From: a virus
Lineage: Duplodnaviria > Caudoviricetes
Length of the DNA: 34,212 nt
Reading direction: 5' to 3' (one strand)
Virus record (IMG/VR): IMGVR_UViG_3300017716_000389
Location: 1 to 34,212 of that record
This document shows, piece by piece, positions 27,872 to 34,212 of this stretch (the first letter of the stretch is position 1; every line of letters begins with the position of its first letter). The translations under genes and the position numbers were made by a program. The notes under the pieces are model-generated. The model saw only the letters and a program-made list of their open reading frames with translations, ran no database searches and was not told the DNA's origin.

Positions 27872-27913
27872 ATTATTTCCTTCACATTGAATGCCCCTTT
27901 CGGGGCGGGTTAA

Positions 27914-28222
27914 TTAAAAATTGTAGTCGTAGAATTTAATTGGCTCATTGTCTAAAACAAATCTGCGCCCATGTGCATCTTTCCAACCTTTTTTGCCTTT
28001 GCGGATGCGAACCACACGATTGTTTTCATTGCTGCTAATTGTCCATTTTTGTTCGTTTTGGTTTGAACAATGTGCGCTGAAACCGCCAACGTGAAATTCA
28101 AGTTTAACTGAATCATCACGCACTGCATCCATTTCACGAATTTCTAAAGTTTGTTCGCTAATAACACGAATGACTTCGAATGGTTCTACGTCTGAATAGC
28201 CGATGTGGTTTGCATATTTCAT
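27914..28222 (-). CDS. Hypothetical early protein
   Basis: YSDVEPFEVI...GGFSAHC..Q..Q.W...KFYDYNF; start-associated motif upstream. Confidence 0.8.
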   Translation of the reverse strand: MKYANHIGYSDVEPFEVIRVISEQTLEIREMDAVRDDSVKLEFHVGGFSAHCSNQNEQKWTISSNENNRVVRIRKGKKGWKDAHGRRFVLDNEPIKFYDYNF

Positions 28223-28244
28223 TTTATGTTTCCTTCACTTTGAA

Positions 28245-28487
28245 TTAATAAATTACTTTATTTAATAATTTGTTGATGTCAAAACCTGCTTCTGCTGCCC
28301 TAGTTCCTGCTGCATTGCAAGCTACTGAATAAAGATCAGCATATTGTTCATTTGTATAATCAAATGATGTTGCTTTCCATTCAACATTTTCTAAATCAAC
28401 AGATTGATCAGCTAAATATAAATTATGCTTTTTTTCTAATTTTGCTAAATTTGCTTGTAATTCGTAGTATTTTGCTTTGTTATCCAT
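28245..28487 (-). CDS. Hypothetical protein, first gene of leftward operon
   Basis: 80 aa; start-associated motif and sigma70 promoter upstream. Confidence 0.75.
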   Translation of the reverse strand: MDNKAKYYELQANLAKLEKKHNLYLADQSVDLENVEWKATSFDYTNEQYADLYSVACNAAGTRAAEAGFDINKLLNKVIY

Positions 28488-28535
28488 TTTATTTCCTTCA
28501 CATTGAACCCGCTAAGTTGCTGCGGTATGAATAGA

Positions 28536-28564
28536 AATATATAGATAAATTGTATTCTGTGCAA
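28536..28564 (-). promoter_or_regulatory. Leftward sigma70-type promoter
   Basis: TTGCAC-N17-TATATT on - strand in the divergent AT-rich gap. Confidence 0.65.
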
Positions 28565-28681
28565 GCAATATTGATTAATTTTGTACATTTTTTTAAATAT
28601 TACAAAAATACTTGCTATTTTGATGGGAATTGCACAATAATTGTTTTTGAATCATTTATTTGTTGATAAAAAGGAAACAAA

Positions 28682-29053
28682 ATGTCAAGAATTATGCCCC
28701 GAAGAAGCATGAAAATGTTTACATTATTGGAATGCATTTACGAATTAGGCGGTGCAACTTATGCCGATGTAATTGCTGAAATTGGCAACATAAGCAGCAG
28801 AAACAGCACAGCAGAAATGAATAAATTTTTTAACAATGCGTTGAATAATGGTTACGTTTACATGGTGGGCGATAAGTACAAGGTTTTGCCGGATGTAGCA
28901 GCACACATTGATTCGGTTTTAAAAATGGAAGGCAGTTATAAACAGAAAGATTTAGTGAAACCTGCTTATCGCAATATCTTTACGTCTGAGATGAAGGTTT
29001 ATGAATCGAAACTTTTTAAAAATAAGAGAGGTTATGAAAATGGATTTAAATGA
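28682..29053 (+). CDS. Hypothetical protein, possible winged helix
   Basis: AAGGA RBS; LLECIYELGGATYADV...NGYVYMVGDKYKV pattern. Confidence 0.7.
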   Translation: MSRIMPRRSMKMFTLLECIYELGGATYADVIAEIGNISSRNSTAEMNKFFNNALNNGYVYMVGDKYKVLPDVAAHIDSVLKMEGSYKQKDLVKPAYRNIFTSEMKVYESKLFKNKRGYENGFK

Positions 29054-29273
29054 ATTTCTTAAAGAGCATGGCGCAGCAAAACGATTGGCAGATAAATCAG
29101 GTATTTCACCGCCTGAAATATCACGCCTGCGTACTGGCAAAAAGAAAATCACGTTTGCTACGGCTGCGGCAATTGAATTTGGTAGTGATGGTGCAATCAA
29201 GATGGAATCGCTGTTAGAAGATCAGCACGATAGAACCATTGCAGGCTTTATTCGTGCCAATGTATCGCAGTAA
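29040..29273 (+). CDS. Cro/YdaS-like HTH regulator
   Basis: MDLNEFL..GAAKRLADKSGISPPEISRL.TG...AAAIE..SDGAI; GAGAGG RBS. Confidence 0.85.
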   Translation: MDLNEFLKEHGAAKRLADKSGISPPEISRLRTGKKKITFATAAAIEFGSDGAIKMESLLEDQHDRTIAGFIRANVSQ

Positions 29274-29559
29274 TAAGCTGTTAAAGGCGGCAAAAGGGCA
29301 GTCATGCATGGTTCAGATACCCAACGTATGCAATCGGGATAATGAAACAACTGTGGCTGCCCATAGCAACCAATTAAAGCATGGCAAAGGCATGGGCATA
29401 AAAGCGCATGATTGCTTTATTGCTTGGGTTTGTTCTGATTGTCACCGAGAAATAGATCAAGGAAAAATGAGTAAAGAAGAAAGAAACTTTTACTGGCAAC
29501 AAGGATTTGAACGTACTTTGCTTGCCATGTTTATGCTTGGTATAGTTTTAGTTGCTTGA
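29260..29559 (+). CDS. DUF1364/YbcO-like zinc-binding putative nuclease
   Basis: AKGQSC...P..C...ETTVAAH...GKGMGIKA.D...AW.CSDCH..ID. Confidence 0.85.
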   Translation: MYRSNKLLKAAKGQSCMVQIPNVCNRDNETTVAAHSNQLKHGKGMGIKAHDCFIAWVCSDCHREIDQGKMSKEERNFYWQQGFERTLLAMFMLGIVLVA

Positions 29560-29565
29560 TATAAT
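29537..29565 (+). promoter_or_regulatory. Sigma70 promoter with extended -10
   Basis: TTGGTA-N17-TATAAT with TG at 29557-29558 (TGnTATAAT). Confidence 0.75.
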
Positions 29566-29572
29566 CGTGATG

Positions 29573-29621
29573 AAGGCTAGGGAGTGCAACCCGAAAAGGC
29601 GATTTCTCACCGCCCTGCCTT
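29573..29621 (+). ncRNA. Three-way-junction leader RNA, C4-antisense-like
   Basis: AAGGC/GCCTT closing stem, GGG/CCC and GGCG/CGCC hairpins; loop TTTCTCA complementary to TGAGAAA at 29657-29663 beside the initiator RBS. Confidence 0.55.
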
Positions 29622-29670
29622 GATTTATTTTGTGAGTGCCGGAATTGACAATTCCATGAGAAAGGCATAA

Positions 29671-30426
29671 ATGCATTACTACAAATTTGAGATTGCCGTA
29701 TGGCATCTTCATACTTCCCATTTATCGTTAATAGAAGAAGCGGTTTATTTCCGGCTTATAAATTTTTATTACGATACAGAATCACCTATCCCAACAGAAA
29801 CCCATTCGGTTATTCGTAGGTTACGACTTACAGAATATAGTGAAATAGTCACGCAAATTCTTAATGAGTTTTTTGAATTGCATGATGATGGTTGGCATCA
29901 AAAGCATTGCGATACCAAAATAATCGAGTATCACGCCAAAGGAAATATCAATAAAAACAATGGTAAGAAGGGCGGCAGACCAAAGAAAGCAAAAGAAACC
30001 CATTCGGTTATTTCTGATAACCCAGACATAACCCTAATAACTAATAAAGAATTAAGAATTAATAATAATAAATTAGGAATTAAGAATAATAATAATAAAG
30101 ATACTTTTTTAGGGTTTGAAGATTTTTGGTCTGCATACGATCATAAAAAATCAAAACCATTAGCGCAAAAAGCATGGAAGCAAATCGGTGTTGATGATGG
30201 GTTGCTTACAACAATACTTCATGCGGTTCATGCTTATGTACGAAATACGCCTGATAAAAAATATCGAAAACATCCGGCAACATGGCTTAATCAAAAATGT
30301 TGGGAAGATGAAATTACTGAATCAAAGCCAGTAGAAACAGAAAAAGAACGTAAGACAAGGGAATTTTACGAGCAAATTTATGGAAAGGGCGTTAAAGATG
30401 AGCAATTTACAATCGATGCAGAATAA
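29671..30426 (+). CDS. Replication initiator (DUF1376/YdaU, lambda O-like)
   Basis: MHYYKF.I......HLS..EEAVY.RLI..YY; NGKKGGRP; FEDFWSAY..K..K..A.KAW; HPATWLN...WEDE. Confidence 0.88.
   Translation: MHYYKFEIAVWHLHTSHLSLIEEAVYFRLINFYYDTESPIPTETHSVIRRLRLTEYSEIVTQILNEFFELHDDGWHQKHCDTKIIEYHAKGNINKNNGKKGGRPKKAKETHSVISDNPDITLITNKELRINNNKLGIKNNNNKDTFLGFEDFWSAYDHKKSKPLAQKAWKQIGVDDGLLTTILHAVHAYVRNTPDKKYRKHPATWLNQKCWEDEITESKPVETEKERKTREFYEQIYGKGVKDEQFTIDAE
29994..30100. other. Putative replication origin inside initiator gene
   Basis: 19-bp AGAAACCCATTCGGTTATT (second copy at 29796-29814), ATAACCC x2, then A/T tract with GAATTAAGAAT x2. Confidence 0.6.
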
Positions 30427-31087
30427 TCAAATACCTACATCATGGATTGATGCCCTATTCATAAAGATGGCTAATTTCTATGGCAACAAATTTAAGTTGA
30501 TGTGGGGCGATTCAGACATTAATCATGTAAAGGCAGTATGGACACAGGAATTGTCTAAACTATCTCGTGATGAAATTGCAAAAGGCGCAAATTCATTAGT
30601 CAATCAGGAATATTGCCCATCACTACCGCAGTTTATAAAGTTATGCCGGACAGATATTGATGCGGTTGCTGCTTACTATGAAGCATTGAATGGTGTAATT
30701 GCTCGTGAGAAAGGCGAAATGGGCGAGTGGTCACATCCGGCTATATTTTGGGCAACCACTAAGATTGGTTCATTTGATTTGAAGAACCAGACGTACAGCA
30801 ACATCAAGGCAAGGTGGGAACGTGCCTTAAATGAAGAAATAAACAATGGTCAATGGGCAGATATACCCAAAGCTCAGATCGCCTTGCCTGCGCCTTCTGT
30901 GCAAGCGACAAAGGATGTTGCCGACAAGTATCTGGCAGAAACACAGATCATAAAAAAACAGGAATCAAAAACAGATCATAAGCTATGGGCTAAAAAGATA
31001 ATGCAACGTCATCATGATGGCGATAAGACACTAACCCACATTCAATTAAGCATGGCAAATGATGCGTTAGCTGCAAAGGATTATTAA
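30398..31087 (+). CDS. Replication protein P-like / helicase loader
   Basis: Overlaps initiator; LF..M...YG.KF..MW, W...L, PSLPQFIKLCR, WSHPAIFWA. Confidence 0.7.
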   Translation: MSNLQSMQNNQIPTSWIDALFIKMANFYGNKFKLMWGDSDINHVKAVWTQELSKLSRDEIAKGANSLVNQEYCPSLPQFIKLCRTDIDAVAAYYEALNGVIAREKGEMGEWSHPAIFWATTKIGSFDLKNQTYSNIKARWERALNEEINNGQWADIPKAQIALPAPSVQATKDVADKYLAETQIIKKQESKTDHKLWAKKIMQRHHDGDKTLTHIQLSMANDALAAKDY

Positions 31088-31096
31088 GGTGATGAA

Positions 31097-31324
31097 ATGA
31101 ATGATTTGTTTGATGAATACCCTGAATGGGTTGGTATGCCTGAATTTGTACAAGAAAAGAAAGAACCGTTCAAAGAATTAATTATTAGATTTGAAACAGA
31201 GGATGATTATTTAGATTTTCAAAAACGTATTGAACAAAAGTTAACAAACAAAACTAAAAGCATTTGGCATCCTTTTAAATCCCATTGGGGTTTAGAAAGG
31301 AAGGTTTATAAAGATGCAACCTAG
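31097..31324 (+). CDS. Small conserved partner of glycosyltransferase
   Basis: EWVGMPEF.QE...IIRF....D..DF...I.Q..T.KTKSIW.P; overlaps next gene. Confidence 0.8.
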   Translation: MNDLFDEYPEWVGMPEFVQEKKEPFKELIIRFETEDDYLDFQKRIEQKLTNKTKSIWHPFKSHWGLERKVYKDAT

Positions 31325-32177
31325 TTTTCCTGTTTATATCGTTTCAAAAGGTAGATTTGATAACGGTTTAACTACTCGTGCATTGCATGAAATGAATGTG
31401 CCGCATTACATCGTTGTTGAAGAAAGTGAATTTGATTTATATAAAAATGGGCGATGTTTTGGTGAATTAATAATATTGCCTGAAAGATATAAAACAGAAT
31501 ATGAAGTTTGTGATGATTTAGGATTGTCCAAAAGTGTAGGTGCAGGCGCAGCAAGGAATTTCTGCATTGACCATTCTTTAGCTAATGGCTTTGCTCGTCA
31601 TTGGGTAATGGATGACAACATAGATGCATTTCATTACTTAAATAGAAATCAGAAATTTGAAGTTAGAACAGGCAGCACATTAAAAGCGGCAGAGGATTTT
31701 GTTTGTCGATATGCAAATGTGCCTGTATCTGGTTTAAATTATTATTCATTTTGCAAAAAAACAGATAAGGTTGCGCCATACATTTTAAACACACGCATTT
31801 ATTCATGTTTGCTAATTGATAATCATTCTGGTTATAGGTGGCGTGGTAGATACAATGAGGATACTGATTTATCTTTAAGAGTTTTAAAAGATGGTCTATG
31901 CACTATTCAATTTAATGCATTCTTATGCGGAAAAATAACTACTCAAAGGATGCGTGGTGGTAACAGTGCAGAATTTTATAATGATGAAGGCACTTACCCT
32001 AAAAGCAAAATGCTTGCAGATATGCACCCAGATGTTGCAGAGGTAGTTTTCAAGTTTGGGAGATGGCATCATTACGTTGACTACACGCCATTTAAAAAAA
32101 ACAGGTTGATAAAAGTTGTGAATACTGAAAAAATGCCTAAAGTTAACAATTATGGATTGGAATTATGCAATGCATAA
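31314..32177 (+). CDS. TET-associated/GREB1-like glycosyltransferase (GT-A fold), putative DNA base modifier
   Basis: PVYIVSKGR, GAGAARN, HWVMDDNI (DxD-like), RIYSCLLI, RYNEDTDLSLRVL, MRGGN. Confidence 0.8.
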   Translation: MQPSFPVYIVSKGRFDNGLTTRALHEMNVPHYIVVEESEFDLYKNGRCFGELIILPERYKTEYEVCDDLGLSKSVGAGAARNFCIDHSLANGFARHWVMDDNIDAFHYLNRNQKFEVRTGSTLKAAEDFVCRYANVPVSGLNYYSFCKKTDKVAPYILNTRIYSCLLIDNHSGYRWRGRYNEDTDLSLRVLKDGLCTIQFNAFLCGKITTQRMRGGNSAEFYNDEGTYPKSKMLADMHPDVAEVVFKFGRWHHYVDYTPFKKNRLIKVVNTEKMPKVNNYGLELCNA

Positions 32178-32365
32178 AGTGCCAACATATATCAATCAAG
32201 GCTTATCCAATCCATGCAAAGGTTGGATTAGGTAGATGTATGAAAGAAAAATTCACTACGTTTTACGCACTAATTAAAGATCACGCCTGCCAAATGTACT
32301 TAGAAACGGAACAGGAAAAGATCGAAAAAAGGATAAAATGGTATGAGAATCGCCCGAATAGATGA
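32165..32365 (+). CDS. Small Cys-rich hypothetical protein
   Basis: CIKCQH...GRC...C; overlaps both neighbours. Confidence 0.7.
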   Translation: MQCIKCQHISIKAYPIHAKVGLGRCMKEKFTTFYALIKDHACQMYLETEQEKIEKRIKWYENRPNR

Positions 32366-32633
32366 CAACCAAAAGCAAATTGTGCGATTTTTGCGTGATA
32401 AAGGCGTGTCTGTGAGCATAACAAGTGCCACAGGCAAAGGTTTTCCTGATTTGGTATGCGGTTATCGGGGCAAAAACGTACTTTTGGAATTAAAAGATGG
32501 GGCAAAACCGTTATCAGCGCAAAATTTAACACCAGAGCAAAGGATTTGGCATTATGATTGGCGTGGGCAAGTTGCTGTGGTAAATTCGCCTGAATCTGCA
32601 TGGTTAGAAATACTGAATCAAACAAAGGATTGA
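32343..32633 (+). CDS. VRR-NUC / PD-(D/E)xK nuclease (possible resolvase)
   Basis: DDNQ..IV..LR..G; GFPDLVCG; LLELKDG; LTPEQ. Confidence 0.85.
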   Translation: MRIARIDDNQKQIVRFLRDKGVSVSITSATGKGFPDLVCGYRGKNVLLELKDGAKPLSAQNLTPEQRIWHYDWRGQVAVVNSPESAWLEILNQTKD

Positions 32634-32634
32634 T

Positions 32635-33036
32635 ATGGTCACGTTTAAAATTGGTGAACAACCTGAAGAAAAGGAAACGCTAACCGATTTGGTAATGTGT
32701 TTGCTGCATAGCGCAACTGTTACTCACATCATGCACTGGCAGACAGAATCCTATGCTGCACATCAAGCATTGGGTGAATATTATTCAGAAATTCCTGAAT
32801 TGATAGATCAAACAATTGAAGCATATCAAGGCAAAACAGGAATCATATTGCGTGATTTCCCAATTGAAATGGAATCATACGAACAAATGACACCACTTGC
32901 TTACATGGAATATTTAAGCATGGAATTAACCGAAGGCAGAGCATTGTTTGGTACTGACCCAGAAATTCAAAATTTAGTTGATGCGATTGCTGATTTAATC
33001 GACTCGACAATGTACAAACTTAGACGTTTTAAATAA
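32635..33036 (+). CDS. Ferritin/Dps-like four-helix protein (DUF5856-like)
   Basis: HIMHWQT.SYA.H.ALGEYY.....ID...EAYQGK; IQNLVDAI......TMYKL. Confidence 0.8.
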   Translation: MVTFKIGEQPEEKETLTDLVMCLLHSATVTHIMHWQTESYAAHQALGEYYSEIPELIDQTIEAYQGKTGIILRDFPIEMESYEQMTPLAYMEYLSMELTEGRALFGTDPEIQNLVDAIADLIDSTMYKLRRFK

Positions 33037-33045
33037 GGAATTATT

Positions 33046-33297
33046 ATGAGCAAACAATTAGATGATGCTATTGAGCATTTAACAACTACTTATCAATCAT
33101 TAGCACAAGCGGCTGCCGGATACATAAACACATTAGACGTTAAAGAAGTTGCTGCCGCATTGAAGAAAGCAAAACCAGATACGGCTGAGTATGTTGCGCT
33201 AGAGCAATTAAACAACCTAATGCAGCTAAAGAACACAGCACCAGTTGAGGTAATAAATGAAACTGTTGTCACTGATACTGAAGCACATACCGAATAA
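33046..33297 (+). CDS. Hypothetical protein
   Basis: 83 aa; TAAGGA RBS. Confidence 0.7.
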   Translation: MSKQLDDAIEHLTTTYQSLAQAAAGYINTLDVKEVAAALKKAKPDTAEYVALEQLNNLMQLKNTAPVEVINETVVTDTEAHTE

Positions 33298-33322
33298 AAC
33301 AAAAGACAATACAAGACAAGAT

Positions 33323-33532
33323 ATGATATTTACATCATGGTTTGATGGCAGGATTAAACCTGTCCATATTGGCGTGTATGAGAGGAAATCATCATTTGGT
33401 TTTTCTCATTACAGCTATTGGGATGGCGATGTATGGAAGCTAATATCATCCACACCACATAAAGCGCATGAAGCAAGATCGGATGATGATAGTCATTTCC
33501 AACATCTTGAATGGCGGGGATTAATCAAGTAG
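33323..33532 (+). CDS. Conserved phage hypothetical protein
   Basis: TSWF....KPVHIGVYER..YSYWDG..W...Q..EWRGL. Confidence 0.7.
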   Translation: MIFTSWFDGRIKPVHIGVYERKSSFGFSHYSYWDGDVWKLISSTPHKAHEARSDDDSHFQHLEWRGLIK

Positions 33533-33644
33533 CGTCAAGACACATGGACATTGTAACGCTGACCAAAGTGGCGGTCGGTAGCCCTACGGTTAAACCGTAT
33601 CTCATAAAAGGCAATGTCCAGTTGTGTTGGCGTTATAGCGTCAA
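33530..33644 (+). ncRNA. Candidate multibranch structured RNA upstream of HNH gene
   Basis: TGGACATTG/CAATGTCCA 9-bp stem plus outer stem and two inner hairpins; bounded by TAGCGTCAA direct repeat. Confidence 0.5.
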
Positions 33645-33662
33645 CCATTACAAGATAGTGAT

Positions 33663-34082
33663 ATGCCAATTGCACCACTGAATACTGAATGTAAAGAGTA
33701 TGGATGCCGCAATAAAAAGACAGGCAGATCATCATTCTGTTTACAACATGGTGGTGGCATAAGCGAGAAGGGTAAAGCTAATGCAAGGTTATATAACCTA
33801 GAAGCATGGAACAGTATAAGAGCAAGGCAACTTAGTCGTGAACCACTGTGCGTTAGATGTAAGCATGAAGGCAAGATAACCGCAGCACAACAGGTTGATC
33901 ATGTGTTCCCACACAATAGAGATATTGACAGATTTAAAACAAATATCTTTCAGAGTTTGTGCCAATCATGTCACACATTAAAAGGACAAGATGAACGCAA
34001 GGGTAAATACAATCATTACACAGCACATGGAGTGATTATTTATTATGATTCTGACTATACACGCATCATGCAAAAGAGATAA
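33663..34082 (+). CDS. HNH endonuclease (HK97 gp74-like terminase cofactor)
   Basis: W..IR..QL..EPLCVRC; VDHVFPH; N.FQSLCQSCH..K; adjacent to terS across junction. Confidence 0.92.
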   Translation: MPIAPLNTECKEYGCRNKKTGRSSFCLQHGGGISEKGKANARLYNLEAWNSIRARQLSREPLCVRCKHEGKITAAQQVDHVFPHNRDIDRFKTNIFQSLCQSCHTLKGQDERKGKYNHYTAHGVIIYYDSDYTRIMQKR

Positions 34083-34116
34083 CATGATAGGCTTAAACTA
34101 TTATAAAAAACCATAC

Positions 34117-34149
34117 TTATACACAGGGCTGTGGATAACCTGTGGATAA
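34117..34149. promoter_or_regulatory. Cluster of three DnaA boxes
   Basis: TTATACACA (34117-34125), TGTGGATAA (34130-34138), TGTGGATAA (34141-34149). Confidence 0.7.
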
Positions 34150-34212
34150 CTCGATTTTTTGTCAATAACTTAAAATGTTTCTAATTTGACAAGAGCAGCC
34201 GAGGGTCCCTTC

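Larger units (their letters stand above)
25444..28507 (-). repeat. Dispersed start-associated motif (T)TCAAWGTGA(A)GGAAA, six copies
   Basis: Copies at 25444-25458, 26553-26567, 27488-27502, 27876-27891, 28229-28244, 28492-28507, each 1-6 nt before an ATG. Confidence 0.85.
1..34212. mobile_element. Complete or near-complete HK97/lambda-like siphovirus genome
   Basis: Packaging, head, neck, tail, lysis, recombination and replication modules all present; no host housekeeping genes; last gene (HNH) abuts first gene (terS) on circularisation, as in HK97-type cos phages. Confidence 0.93.

Noticed and set aside
27893-27906. GCCCC-GAAA-GGGGC hairpin (- strand) as terminator or lambda boxB
   Set aside because: No U-tract on coding strand, tetraloop rather than boxB pentaloop, no boxA or N-like gene recognised; function left unassigned
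28612-28641. Rightward promoter TTGCTA-N18-AATAAT
   Set aside because: A promoter is expected here but this match is weak in an AT-rich gap, so exact elements cannot be supported
29573-29621. tRNA
   Set aside because: Too short, three-way rather than cloverleaf, no TTCRA loop; no tRNA recognised anywhere by eye
29645-29673. TTGACA-N17-TAAATG promoter
   Set aside because: Poor -10 and start site would fall inside the initiator ORF; TTGACA is part of a palindrome
34159-34192. TTGTCAA...TTGACAA inverted repeat / -35 box
   Set aside because: Only 7 bp and no -10 at the right spacing; may belong to the cos region but unsupported alone
1-34212. Alternative genetic code or stop-codon recoding
   Set aside because: Core genes are full length and tightly packed under the standard code, using TAA, TGA and TAG as stops

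Overview
The window looks like one essentially complete, AT-rich, ~34.2-kb HK97/lambda-like siphovirus genome, opened between the HNH gene and the small terminase, where cos normally lies. The + strand carries terS, terL, portal, prohead protease, TWO tandem HK97-fold capsid genes, neck genes, TWO tandem tail-tube genes, a frameshifted G/GT chaperone, tape measure, tail tip and fibres, a GNAT acetyltransferase, a double-domain 2OG-Fe(II) oxygenase and a holin/M15 lysis cassette. The - strand (28487 to 23879) is an early operon with ERF, SSB and many small ORFs sharing a start-associated motif. A second + strand block (28682-34082) has Cro-like HTH, DUF1364-like, DUF1376/O-like initiator with internal ori, P-like loader, TAGT/GREB1-like glycosyltransferase, VRR-NUC, ferritin-like and HNH genes. 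I found no integrase, CI repressor, tRNA or CRISPR. The most notable observations are the duplicated capsid and tail-tube genes (candidate two-component virion), four DnaA boxes around the genome junction, three structured intergenic RNA candidates, and CCWGG avoidance at Pro-Gly codons. Family calls come from motif recognition by eye, not database searches. A freshwater betaproteobacterial host is an inference only.
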